Shown here in pieces: positions 8,019 through 17,174 of a stretch of DNA of 64,000 nucleotides. This stretch comes from a virus. Where the stretch lies: IMG/VR virus record IMGVR_UViG_3300045988_183660; one strand, given 5' to 3'. The notes under the pieces are model-generated. The model was not told where the DNA came from. It saw only the letters and a program-made list of their open reading frames with translations, and did no database searches. Made by a program: the position numbers and the translations under genes. Numbering within the stretch: the first letter of the stretch is position 1; the number at the start of each line of letters is the position of its first letter.

Positions 8019-8582
8019 ATGTATAAAAAGAAAATTGATAGAACAAAAGAAGAAAGAACAATGAACAATGGAATGAAGGCTGTTATTATAGCTTACAGAA
8101 ATGCTCTAGATATAGATGTTCAATTTGAAGATGGTACTATTGTAACAAATAAACAATATGAAAATTTTAACATTGGCAGTATTAGAAATCCCAATATAAA
8201 GAATCTCAATATAAAGAATCTTAAACTATTAAAGAATAGAAATAATAAGATGAAAGAAACCAGAGTTATGAACAATGGAATGAAGGCTACTATCATAGCT
8301 TATAGAAAAGCTATAGATATAGATGTTCAATTTGAAGATGGTACTGTTGTAACAAATACATACTACAGTCATTTTTTAAAAGGCAATATAAGAAATCCTA
8401 ATCTTCATAAAGGCGAAACTAATTTAATGAAATGTGGTCAGACTGCTATTATTACAGATTATAGAAGACCTAAAGATATTGATATACAATTTGAAGATGG
8501 TACAGAAGTTAAGCATACAAATTATGACCGCTTTAAAGCCGGCGTGATTAGAAATTCTAGATTATTAAAAAAAATAGAATGA
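8019..8582 (+). CDS. tandem-repeat protein (3 x about 60 aa NNGMKA.IIAYR...DIDVQFEDGT.V.N..Y..F..G.IRNPN)
   Basis: Internal protein and nucleotide repeats are visible. Function unknown. Confidence 0.45.
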   Translation: MYKKKIDRTKEERTMNNGMKAVIIAYRNALDIDVQFEDGTIVTNKQYENFNIGSIRNPNIKNLNIKNLKLLKNRNNKMKETRVMNNGMKATIIAYRKAIDIDVQFEDGTVVTNTYYSHFLKGNIRNPNLHKGETNLMKCGQTAIITDYRRPKDIDIQFEDGTEVKHTNYDRFKAGVIRNSRLLKKIE

Positions 8583-8604
8583 AAGATATTGAAAGGTAAA
8601 AGAA

Positions 8605-8967
8605 GTGCTTATGTTTGAAGTAATTAATGAAAAAGTAAGAATGAAATATGATAAAGTGTATCATGGTACAAGCATGGAAAGACTGGAAAAAATCAGAGAG
8701 ACCGAATATATAACAGCAATAGATGATGTATATGTTTCAAATGACATTAACATAGCTGCCAGATATAGTTGGCAAAAAATCAGTTTAAAAGAAATACCAG
8801 TCATTTTAGTTTTTGATATAGATACATTACTAAAAAATAATATTAATATATATAGTTTTGACGGTGTAGATTCAAATAAGTATTTAACTGATGATATTCC
8901 TGCTTATTGTATTTCTCAAATTATCACTCAGGATTCACCACAATACCCTTCAAAGTGGAAAGGTTAA
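8605..8967 (+). CDS. small ART/PARP-like (YHGTS ... GVYVS ... AARYS) protein, copy 1
   Basis: Motif arrangement parallels the DUF3990/PARP HGS...G.Y...S pattern. Has a paralog at 9846. Confidence 0.45.
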   Translation: MLMFEVINEKVRMKYDKVYHGTSMERLEKIRETEYITAIDDVYVSNDINIAARYSWQKISLKEIPVILVFDIDTLLKNNINIYSFDGVDSNKYLTDDIPAYCISQIITQDSPQYPSKWKG

Positions 8968-8985
8968 AATAAAGGAGATAAAAAC

Positions 8986-9207
8986 ATGGTATATTTTAAT
9001 GAAACTAATAAATATTTTAATGGAACTAATAAATTTAACAAAAAGACAGATGGGGATTATATAATAGCAAAAATGTCTGCTTTATCTGAATCATTAACAA
9101 AAACTGAAAAAGACCTGATAGCATTAAAAGAAGATATAACTAATGCACAAAATATTCTTTCAGATATGAAAAACAGGTATCAGAAAAATAGAAACACACT
9201 TTCGTAG
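8986..9207 (+). CDS. 73-aa coiled-coil partner protein, copy 1
   Basis: Lies 18 nt downstream of the ART-like gene. Has a paralog at 10221. Confidence 0.4.
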   Translation: MVYFNETNKYFNGTNKFNKKTDGDYIIAKMSALSESLTKTEKDLIALKEDITNAQNILSDMKNRYQKNRNTLS

Positions 9208-9211
9208 TGTA

Positions 9212-9541
9212 ATGTATAAAGGAGAAAAAATGTTAAATAAAGAAGTATTTGAAAAATTCGGAATGGAAAACTGGGTTATAGAAGAAAACTTATGTTACCT
9301 TTTACAGGAATATGCTGAAAGACTTGGAGTTCCAAATCCATATAGTCCTGTAGCGTTTGTAAAGGATTTCATGCAGGAAGAGACTTATGTAAATACTAAA
9401 TATGCTGAAATGAGTGCTGTTAATACAGCAAAGAAGAACATTGTAGCTGATTATGAAGAAGGAGAATATAAAGAAGTTCAACCGTCAGAAACAACAAATA
9501 AAAGCTTCAGGAGAGATTTTTATGCAGATAAAAGTAGATAA
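9212..9541 (+). CDS. hypothetical protein
   Basis: ORF with an RBS. Confidence 0.4.
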   Translation: MYKGEKMLNKEVFEKFGMENWVIEENLCYLLQEYAERLGVPNPYSPVAFVKDFMQEETYVNTKYAEMSAVNTAKKNIVADYEEGEYKEVQPSETTNKSFRRDFYADKSR

Positions 9542-9821
9542 AGAAGATATAATTAATATGATAAAAGGCGGCGGAACTCATGGCAGTTATTCATGGCTTA
9601 ACTGGCTTGAAAGTAACGGTTATGCCCGCTATTATGACCAGTACTGTAAAATGGACTGGAATGAGGAAAAACTTCGTAAGCTAAGTATTGAGGAATTATA
9701 TAAATTATATATAGATATGAAGACTAAGAGTAAGTGTGACAGACCTGTTTCTGTAAAGAAGGCAGATAAAACTGAAGGAATGGCAACAGCTGCACTTCTT
9801 CAATTATTAAATTCCAAATAA
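9522..9821 (+). CDS. hypothetical protein (start chosen at MQIKVDKED with an RBS, rather than the track start at 9453)
   Basis: GGAGAG RBS 8 nt upstream of ATG 9522. Confidence 0.4.
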   Translation: MQIKVDKEDIINMIKGGGTHGSYSWLNWLESNGYARYYDQYCKMDWNEEKLRKLSIEELYKLYIDMKTKSKCDRPVSVKKADKTEGMATAALLQLLNSK

Positions 9822-9845
9822 TACAAAATCAAAAAAGGAGAAAAT

Positions 9846-10202
9846 ATGTTCCAAAAAATAAATGAAAGTGTAAAAGAAAAGTATAGTAAAGTGTATCATG
9901 GTACAAGCATGGAAAGATTAGAAAAAATCAGAGAGACCGGATATATAACAGCAATAGATGATGTATATGTTTCAAATGACATTAACATAGCTGCCAGATA
10001 CAGTTGGAATAAAATTACTTTAAAAGAAACACCAGTTATTTTAGTTTTTGATATAGACACCTTATCAAAAAATAATATTAATATATACAGTTTTAATGGC
10101 GTAGATTCAAATAAATATATAACTGATGATATTCCTGCTCATTGTATTCTTGAAATCATCACTCAGGATTCATCACTTTATCCTTCAAAATGGAAAGTTT
10201 AA
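9846..10202 (+). CDS. small ART/PARP-like (YHGTS) protein, copy 2
   Basis: About 90% nucleotide identity to 8630-8967. Confidence 0.45.
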   Translation: MFQKINESVKEKYSKVYHGTSMERLEKIRETGYITAIDDVYVSNDINIAARYSWNKITLKETPVILVFDIDTLSKNNINIYSFNGVDSNKYITDDIPAHCILEIITQDSSLYPSKWKV

Positions 10203-10220
10203 AATAAAGGAGATAAAAAC

Positions 10221-10442
10221 ATGGCATATTTTAATGAAACTAATAAATATTTTAATGGAACTAATAAATTTAACAAAAAGACAGATGGGGATTATATAAT
10301 AGCAAAACTGTCTGCTTTAACTGAAGCATCAATAAAAGCTGAAAAAGACCTGATATCGTTAAAAGAAAATACAACTAACGTACAAAACACTCTTTCGGAT
10401 ATGAAAAACAAGTATCAGGAAGATAGTAACACACTTTCGTAG
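10221..10442 (+). CDS. 73-aa coiled-coil partner protein, copy 2
   Basis: About 90% nucleotide identity to 8986-9207. Confidence 0.4.
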   Translation: MAYFNETNKYFNGTNKFNKKTDGDYIIAKLSALTEASIKAEKDLISLKENTTNVQNTLSDMKNKYQEDSNTLS

Positions 10443-10599
10443 ATAAATAATATTATTTTTATTTCTAAATATTATAAAAAGGCTTTTTTACAATATAGGG
10501 CAAATAAGCATATGATAAACTAACATTAACAAAACAAAAAAGAAACAAAGAAAGGATTTTTTAAAGAGATATTTCTTTAAAAAGCAAGGTAAAAGAAAC

Positions 10600-12165
10600 A
10601 TGGAAATTGGAGTTATTATTGGAGTTGTAGTTGTTGCGTTAATTGCATTATTATTTGCAAGTTATATTAAAGCACCAACAGATAAGGCACTTATTGTATC
10701 AGGACTTAGAAAAACACCTAAGTATGTAATTGGAAGGTCATCACTTAAGATACCATTTTTACAGAGAGTAGATAAGCTTGATTTAAAGATGATAAGTGTT
10801 GATGTAAAGACTAAGGAATCAGTACCAACAAATGAGTATATCAATGTTAATATTGATTCAGCTGTTAAGATTAAGATTGGTTCTTCACCTGAAATGCTTG
10901 GTAAGGCTGCAAGCAACTTCCTTAATAAAAATTCAGATTATATCAGGGAATCTGTTGTAGATGTACTTGAAGGTAATGTCCGAGAAATTATAGGACAGAT
11001 GAAGCTTGAAGATATTGTACAGGACAGAAAGTTATTTGCAGAAAAGGTACAGGAAAATGCTGCACCTGATATGGAAAGAATGGGTCTTGAAATTGTAAGC
11101 TTTAATGTTCAGAATGTTACAGATGAAGGTAATGTTATTGAAAATCTTGGTATTGACAGAGTAGTAAGTATTTCTAAATCAGCACAGATATCAAGAGCAG
11201 AATCAGAAAGAGATATTGCAGTTGCCAAGGCTAATGCTGAAAAGCAGGCTAATGATGCAAGAATCGAAGCTGAGACTGCTATTGCAGAAAGAAATAATGA
11301 ACTTGAGATTAAGAAGCAGGAATTAAAGAGAGCAGCAGATGTTAAGAAGGCTGAAGCTGATGCAGCATATGAAATTCAGCAGCAGGAACAGAGAAAGACA
11401 ATTGAGATAACTACTGCTAATGCTAATATTGCAAAGCAGGAAAAGGAAATTGAGTTAAGAGAAAAGGAAATCACTGTTAAGGAAAAGACACTTGATGCTG
11501 ATATCCGTAAGCAGGCTGAAGCTGAAAAGTATGCAGCACAGCAGAAGGCAGATGCAGAACTTTATCAGAGACAGAAGGAAGCAGAAGCAAAACAGTTTGA
11601 AATCCAGAAGCAGGCTGAAGCTAAGAAGTCACAGGCAGAAGCAGACAGATTTGCTAAGGAACAGGAAGCCGAAGCAGTTAAGGCACAGGGCTTTGCTGAA
11701 GCAGAAAGCATTAAGGCAAAGGGTATTGCTGATGCTGAAAGTATTAAAGCTAAGGGATTAGCTGAAGCAGAAGCTATGGAGAAGAAAGCAGATGCCATGT
11801 CTAAGTATGGTAAGGCTGCCATGACTGAAATGATTATCAAGGTACTTCCAGAGATGGCAGGAGCTATTGCAAAACCATTAGAAGCTATTGATAAGGTAAC
11901 AATCATTGATGGTGGTAATGGTGAAACTGGTGTAGGTTCATTTAGCGGTAATGTACCATCAGTACTTGCAAAGACAATTGAATCTGTTAAGGAAACAACT
12001 GGCTTTGACCTTACAGAAGTAATGAAGGCAAATACATATGATGCTAAGACAACAAAGAATGTTAATTTTACAGGTATTCCGGAAGACACAGACCCGGAAA
12101 TTAAGGTGACTGTAAAGAATGTTCCTGAGAAAGTGTCTAAGTCAGAAAAGAACTCTGCTAAGTAA
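10600..12165 (+). CDS. flotillin-like SPFH/band-7 protein (FloT/YuaG-type)
   Basis: N-terminal TM helix, an SPFH region, then a long A/E/K-rich coiled coil. Visibly higher GC than its neighbours. Confidence 0.8.
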   Translation: MEIGVIIGVVVVALIALLFASYIKAPTDKALIVSGLRKTPKYVIGRSSLKIPFLQRVDKLDLKMISVDVKTKESVPTNEYINVNIDSAVKIKIGSSPEMLGKAASNFLNKNSDYIRESVVDVLEGNVREIIGQMKLEDIVQDRKLFAEKVQENAAPDMERMGLEIVSFNVQNVTDEGNVIENLGIDRVVSISKSAQISRAESERDIAVAKANAEKQANDARIEAETAIAERNNELEIKKQELKRAADVKKAEADAAYEIQQQEQRKTIEITTANANIAKQEKEIELREKEITVKEKTLDADIRKQAEAEKYAAQQKADAELYQRQKEAEAKQFEIQKQAEAKKSQAEADRFAKEQEAEAVKAQGFAEAESIKAKGIADAESIKAKGLAEAEAMEKKADAMSKYGKAAMTEMIIKVLPEMAGAIAKPLEAIDKVTIIDGGNGETGVGSFSGNVPSVLAKTIESVKETTGFDLTEVMKANTYDAKTTKNVNFTGIPEDTDPEIKVTVKNVPEKVSKSEKNSAK

Positions 12166-12183
12166 AAAGAAATAAATTTAAGG

Positions 12184-12218
12184 ACAGGTTGAGAAATAAT
12201 CAGCCTGTACTTTTTTAG
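12184..12218 (+). terminator. rho-independent terminator
   Basis: ACAGGTTGA...TCAGCCTGT stem followed by a T-run. Confidence 0.5.
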
Positions 12219-12282
12219 GCTTAATTATATAAATATGCCTTCTTGGATTTTGTATAATTAAATAAATCAAATATATAAGGAG

Positions 12283-13041
12283 ATGACGGATATGGTAGAA
12301 GTAATAAAAGAAGATTCATTTGCAAAGAGTGATATAAGATTATTAATGAATGATAAGAATATAAAGATAACCGAATTATGCAATCCTACAGGCAATAGAT
12401 TGACAAGAGAAAAAGAATATAAGGATTATTATAATAAGCATATAAAAGGCAAAGATGATACAGTATTTCTTACAAGAGCTTATATCTTAGAAGAAGAGTT
12501 CCCTAGAGATAAATGGTGCTTAGACTATGAAAAGCAGTATGAAAATAATAAAGATAAGAATGTAATTAATGACATAGAAATACTTACCAGAGAAAGTGAT
12601 ATGTTAAAAAGAGCAGGCTTTGTGGATATTAATGAATTATCAGATTTTGAATACAGCAGATTGTTTGTGTATCCAAATGAAGCCGGTAAGAAAGTAATTG
12701 ATAAAGTGTATGGTGATGATGAAAGAAAAAAACTATTTGCCATGATTGAAACGACAACTAAAAATGAGATACAGAAGATAATAATGGACTTTGATAATGG
12801 TATTATAGATATTAAAGAACCAAGAGATGAACAGGGTGAGCCGGACTATTACGGTGAGTTTGAACTTTCCCTTCCTAAAGGCTATAAAGAAACAGGACTT
12901 GAGATGTCTGTACTTATGTGGATGAATGATTATTGTGACTTTGAAACACTTTTAGAAAACTGTAAGGGATATGAAAATGACATAAATGAATCATTAAAGC
13001 AGAAAGTTATTAAGAAAAATTTAGAAGATAAAGAAAGATAA
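12283..13041 (+). CDS. hypothetical protein
   Basis: ORF with an RBS (AAGGAGATG). Confidence 0.4.
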   Translation: MTDMVEVIKEDSFAKSDIRLLMNDKNIKITELCNPTGNRLTREKEYKDYYNKHIKGKDDTVFLTRAYILEEEFPRDKWCLDYEKQYENNKDKNVINDIEILTRESDMLKRAGFVDINELSDFEYSRLFVYPNEAGKKVIDKVYGDDERKKLFAMIETTTKNEIQKIIMDFDNGIIDIKEPRDEQGEPDYYGEFELSLPKGYKETGLEMSVLMWMNDYCDFETLLENCKGYENDINESLKQKVIKKNLEDKER

Positions 13042-13104
13042 ATTATAAAAGGATAGGTATTAGAGCCTGTCCTTTTTATTTTTATTGCAAATTATACTCA
13101 AATA

Positions 13105-13275
13105 GGATACCTGTATCTACTTCGTAGCTACTTAAGTTTATTTTATGATACTAATATCTCTACTTTGTAGAGATATTCAAGTTTATTTATGATGCTGCTA
13201 CGCATCCTAATAAATAAACTTAATAAACTTCGGTAAATCTAATAAAACAAACTTAGTATCCTAATAATTCAATAA
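13105..13275. repeat. two-hairpin repeat element, copy B (tandem 1.5 units; stems TCTCTACTTTGTAGAGA and AGTTTATTTA/TAAATAAACT)
   Basis: Same loop TGATGCTGCTACGCATCCTAAT. The stem sequence differs from copy A but stays complementary. Confidence 0.7.
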
Positions 13276-13390
13276 CAAAGCAAACTTTATTGTATATTGT
13301 ACTCAAATAGGATATAATATAGTCATATAAGATGTAATCATAAAAAGAAAGGAACGTACTTTTGAAATATAAAGAAAGAAGGAAATAGAT

Positions 13391-13804
13391 ATGACAATAA
13401 GAGAATTAAGAAAATTAACAGGCATGTCACAGAGCCAGTTTGCAAAGAAATATGATATACCACTTAATACATTGCAGCATTGGGAAGGTGGCTATTCAGA
13501 ACCAGCAAGATACTTAGTAAAATTAATAGAAAGTACAATATGCAAAGATAGAAAAGTAATACAGGGAAATAATACTAAAGAAGGAACAATGTATTATTAT
13601 GATGAGCTTAATAAGCTTGTATATGATAATAAGGGCAATTGTTTAAGTCTTGAGATAGACCTTGATGCTACAAGTGAACATAATTTAGGTTTATATCTGG
13701 ATTTTATGTTTGAAGATTATTATAAAGCAAAAAAAAGTTTTGAAGCCCATCTTGATGCAGATAAAAAATCGGATGAAGATATTATATGGGAAAGATTATG
13801 GTAA
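13391..13804 (+). CDS. hipB: XRE-family HTH protein, HipB-like antitoxin
   Basis: N-terminal LRKLTGMSQSQFAKKYDIPLNTLQHWEGG HTH. Lies immediately upstream of hipA. Confidence 0.55.
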   Translation: MTIRELRKLTGMSQSQFAKKYDIPLNTLQHWEGGYSEPARYLVKLIESTICKDRKVIQGNNTKEGTMYYYDELNKLVYDNKGNCLSLEIDLDATSEHNLGLYLDFMFEDYYKAKKSFEAHLDADKKSDEDIIWERLW

Positions 13805-13817
13805 AGGATGTGATTAT

Positions 13818-15032
13818 ATGAGTAATGGAACATATTATTTAATGCATAAAGATATTCCAGTTGCTATTATGCAGCTTGAAGAAGATGATATTAATGCCAA
13901 GCCTTATAAAGTAACAATTAATGCTAAAAACATAGAACATCTTCCAATAGGTGCGAGAATGAATAACATGAAATTTATTGAGTGGTGGCAGGATAGAACT
14001 ATACCCAAAACGAGGCAGGGGGCTAAGAGTGCGTTAGAAAGGCTTGAATATAAGTCTGTTACCAATGCTATGATAGATAACCTTGCCTTAAGTCTTAATG
14101 ACTGTTATTGGATAAAACCATTGGATTCAGACCTTACATGGAAGGATGTTAATTTATTTTCCAATAAGTTTGAAGACAGATTTGGCGAATTAACTTTTAA
14201 TAAAGATTCCGGCTTGGATTTAAGAAATAAGACTAAATTTAAGTTTGCTGTATCTCAGGGAGAAGTACAGAAAAAATGGTGTATAGACAGTGAAAACAGA
14301 CGTTATATGGTAAAAGGCAATTATGGTACATCATATCAGCAGAGTATTAATGAAGTATTTGCGACTAAATTACACGAAGCTCAGGGCTTTGTGAATTTTA
14401 CACCATATTATTTCACTAAAATTGAACTGGAAAATAATATGACTGGACTTGGCTGTTTTTCTTATAATTTTTGCAATGAAAATATTGAAAGCATTTCGGC
14501 ATGGGAATTATTGCAGACTGTTAAAATAAAGCAGAATATGTCATTATATTATCCGTTTAAGCAGATATGCCTTGAGATGGGAATGAAAGAAGAAGACTTT
14601 GACTATTTCATGGATTATGAGATAATGACTGATTTTCTACTTACTAATACTGACAGACATATGAATAATATAAGTATATTAAGAAATCCTGATACACTTG
14701 AGTTCTTAGGCTTTGCTCCTATCTATGACAGTGGTAATTCAATGTTCTATTCAGTTCCTACTAATAAACTTAACAGTGTACATCTTGGTCAGGATAAGGT
14801 ACATTCATTTATTACATCACAGGAAAACAGACTATTATCATATGTAAAAGATAGAAATGTAGTAGACTTATCAAAATTTGATGATATATCTTTTTCGATA
14901 TATGAGAAAGATACTGAACCGAACAGAAGCATAATGCTTGAAGAAATGTTTTATAAGAAAGCTGAAGCTTTAAGAAGCTTTCAAAAAGGCAAAAACATAT
15001 GGAAACCTAAAACTGTACAGATTGAACATTAA
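13818..15032 (+). CDS. hipA: HipA-like Ser/Thr kinase toxin
   Basis: LLTNTDRHMNNISIL (HipA catalytic D.H..N) and APIYDSG motifs. Start at ATG 13818 with an RBS, 13 nt after the hipB stop. Confidence 0.65.
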   Translation: MSNGTYYLMHKDIPVAIMQLEEDDINAKPYKVTINAKNIEHLPIGARMNNMKFIEWWQDRTIPKTRQGAKSALERLEYKSVTNAMIDNLALSLNDCYWIKPLDSDLTWKDVNLFSNKFEDRFGELTFNKDSGLDLRNKTKFKFAVSQGEVQKKWCIDSENRRYMVKGNYGTSYQQSINEVFATKLHEAQGFVNFTPYYFTKIELENNMTGLGCFSYNFCNENIESISAWELLQTVKIKQNMSLYYPFKQICLEMGMKEEDFDYFMDYEIMTDFLLTNTDRHMNNISILRNPDTLEFLGFAPIYDSGNSMFYSVPTNKLNSVHLGQDKVHSFITSQENRLLSYVKDRNVVDLSKFDDISFSIYEKDTEPNRSIMLEEMFYKKAEALRSFQKGKNIWKPKTVQIEH

Positions 15033-15036
15033 AAAT

Positions 15037-15082
15037 GGCTTTGCACGACTTACTAATGTCTTATTACATAAGAATAAGTTTA
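15037..15082. repeat. 3-prime module copy (GGCTTTGCACGACTTACTAATGTCTTATTACATAAG)
   Basis: Near-identical to 4931-4965. Confidence 0.6.
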
Positions 15083-15211
15083 AATCAGCAAAAAATAATT
15101 GAAAAAATTATAATTTTTATCAAAATATATTAATTAGTCCTTTTTATAACTTTTTATTAAAGTTGAAATGCTAATATAAGTTTAATAAAAATACAGAAAG
15201 GACTAATAAAA

Positions 15212-15943
15212 ATGATTAAGAAAATATTAGCAGCAGCATTGGCAGCCGTATGCCTTATAGGTACAGGATGTGATTATTATAAGCAGATGCCTATTGAAAC
15301 AGACGAAACAAAAGCAATTACATTACAGGATAAGATTAAAGGAACATGGTATTATAAATCACAAAATGATGCCGGAGAAGATATACTTAATTTATTTAAG
15401 ATAAATGATAATGAGGTATATCTAATTATAAGTGGACAGATTTATACAAAGTACAGTTATAAGCTTCAGGATGATACTTTAATTATGTTTGCTGGTAATT
15501 TATTTGGGGGTTCAAGTTCATCAGCTATGAGAGTAGAAGATGTTAATTCTGCATCAATGACAGTTAAAATGGATAATGAGACAGTAACCCTTTCCAAAGC
15601 CACTAAAACGCCTGATATATTAAATGGCTTATATATAGCCTGTGAGGAAAGTGGTTCAGATATGGGTGCTTCTATACAGTTTTCATTTAATGATGATACC
15701 AAGACCGGCACAATTAATGAACTTGGTAACAGTCTTTTATTTACATATGAAGATGCAGGAGATACTTTAAAAATTGCATTTGATAAAGGCTCATTAGATA
15801 AAGATATTAAAAATATGGCAGAAATGCTTACAGGTATGCAGTACAATGGTGATAGTATTACCCTGAATAAAAAAATAACAGATAATCAGCTTATTCTTTC
15901 CAGTGAAACAGTAAAACTTATCTGTGATTATATTCCTTTCTAA
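15212..15943 (+). CDS. lipoprotein
   Basis: Signal peptide with an LIGTGC lipobox. Confidence 0.55.
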   Translation: MIKKILAAALAAVCLIGTGCDYYKQMPIETDETKAITLQDKIKGTWYYKSQNDAGEDILNLFKINDNEVYLIISGQIYTKYSYKLQDDTLIMFAGNLFGGSSSSAMRVEDVNSASMTVKMDNETVTLSKATKTPDILNGLYIACEESGSDMGASIQFSFNDDTKTGTINELGNSLLFTYEDAGDTLKIAFDKGSLDKDIKNMAEMLTGMQYNGDSITLNKKITDNQLILSSETVKLICDYIPF

Positions 15944-15950
15944 AATTATA

Positions 15951-15975
15951 ACAGCCTTCGGGCTGTTATTTTTCT
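15951..15975 (+). terminator. rho-independent terminator (ACAGCCTTCGGGCTGT + T-run)
   Basis: Perfect GC stem. The identical module recurs at 17077. Confidence 0.7.
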
Positions 15976-16079
15976 GTCAAAAGGCTTTATTGCAATTTTT
16001 TAGAAACTGAAAATTATATAATAGAAAAATAATATGCTAAAAAATATACTATAAAAATGAATAAAGAAAGGAATATTAT

Positions 16080-16817
16080 ATGGACAATTTTGAATATTTA
16101 TTAAAGACTAAGAAACTGTATGAGCTGGCAGAATCAATATTCCAAAATGATAAAAAGAAACGAAATATAACAGATGTTGCTATTTCTAAAATACCTTATG
16201 TATTATATCCTGAATTAAATTTGAATGAAGATTTGATAATACATGAATTTGCTGAGTTTTTATTAAAGCAATCTCAAACGAATAATAAAAATAATGAAAT
16301 AGCTATAACATATGATTTAAGCAATAAATTAGAAATAAAAGATGGCTTTTCTGAAATAATGAATAATTGTGGCATTTGTTATGGAAATGAAAATGAAATA
16401 GAATTATTTGCAGATACAAAAACTATGTCCGTAATATGCAGAGCAGAAGATATAGCAGTAGTTAATATACATAACCACCCAAGTTGTTCAACTTTTTCTG
16501 TTCAAGATATATCTTTCTTTTTATCTGAAACAGCGGTAAAATTAATGGTAGTAGTAGGAAATAATGGTGAATTGTACTATATGTCTAAAAATTCTGAAAA
16601 ATATAATTTTAAAGACGCAATAAAATATTTTGGTTCAATAGTTGAAAAGGTTCATCCTAATGCACCTGATACATATAAATGGACAGTTGATGAAATGCGG
16701 AGTGTTTCAGATGCTTTTTTAAAAAACAGTAATCAAATAGGTATCCAATATAAACATGTACTGGGAAATAATGTAAAATTAAAACAACAACGAAAGGAGA
16801 ACGATTATGAACGATAA
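16080..16817 (+). CDS. RadC-like JAB/MPN metalloprotease-domain protein
   Basis: VVNIHNHPSCSTFSVQDISF matches the JAMM HxH...S...D signature. Confidence 0.55.
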   Translation: MDNFEYLLKTKKLYELAESIFQNDKKKRNITDVAISKIPYVLYPELNLNEDLIIHEFAEFLLKQSQTNNKNNEIAITYDLSNKLEIKDGFSEIMNNCGICYGNENEIELFADTKTMSVICRAEDIAVVNIHNHPSCSTFSVQDISFFLSETAVKLMVVVGNNGELYYMSKNSEKYNFKDAIKYFGSIVEKVHPNAPDTYKWTVDEMRSVSDAFLKNSNQIGIQYKHVLGNNVKLKQQRKENDYER

Positions 16818-17064
16818 TATAATTTTATCTATGCCACTTAAAATACAAGTTAATATAGAAAAATTACAATCATTAGAAATTAACGGATGGTCTATAGAAT
16901 GGCAGAATTTAGCAAAGAATATATTATTACAGCTAAATACTATGAAAGACAACAAAGAAATTTCTATAAGTGATTATCAGTATATTCATAAAAAATATCT
17001 TCATTCTATTGGTTCATTATCTATAGGAAATTCAGATTTTATGAATTTTTTAATAAAAAAATAA
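16807..17064 (+). CDS. hypothetical small protein
   Basis: ORF overlapping the upstream stop. Confidence 0.3.
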   Translation: MNDNIILSMPLKIQVNIEKLQSLEINGWSIEWQNLAKNILLQLNTMKDNKEISISDYQYIHKKYLHSIGSLSIGNSDFMNFLIKK

Positions 17065-17076
17065 AACCATAAAAAT

Positions 17077-17100
17077 AACAGCCTTCGGGCTGTTATTTTT
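17077..17100 (+). terminator. rho-independent terminator (second copy of ACAGCCTTCGGGCTGT)
   Basis: Identical to 15951-15975. Confidence 0.7.
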
Positions 17101-17174
17101 ATGTCAAAAAGCTTTATTACAATATTTTATAAATTGAGAAATCATATAATAAAGAAAAAATACAGGAAGGAATT

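Larger units (their letters stand above)
9846..10442. repeat. 600-bp direct segmental duplication of 8605-9207
   Basis: Nucleotide alignment by eye across both genes and the intergenic RBS region. Confidence 0.8.

Noticed and set aside
11492-11761. Alternative-frame + ORF inside the flotillin gene (R/K/Q-rich).
   Set aside because: It is the frame-shifted reading of the GAAGCAGAAGC coiled-coil repeats and is not independent.
13710-13817. Upstream extension of the hipA ORF as given by the ORF track.
   Set aside because: It overlaps the hipB coding region in another frame and has no RBS. ATG 13818 has an AAAGGA RBS and starts right after the hipB stop.
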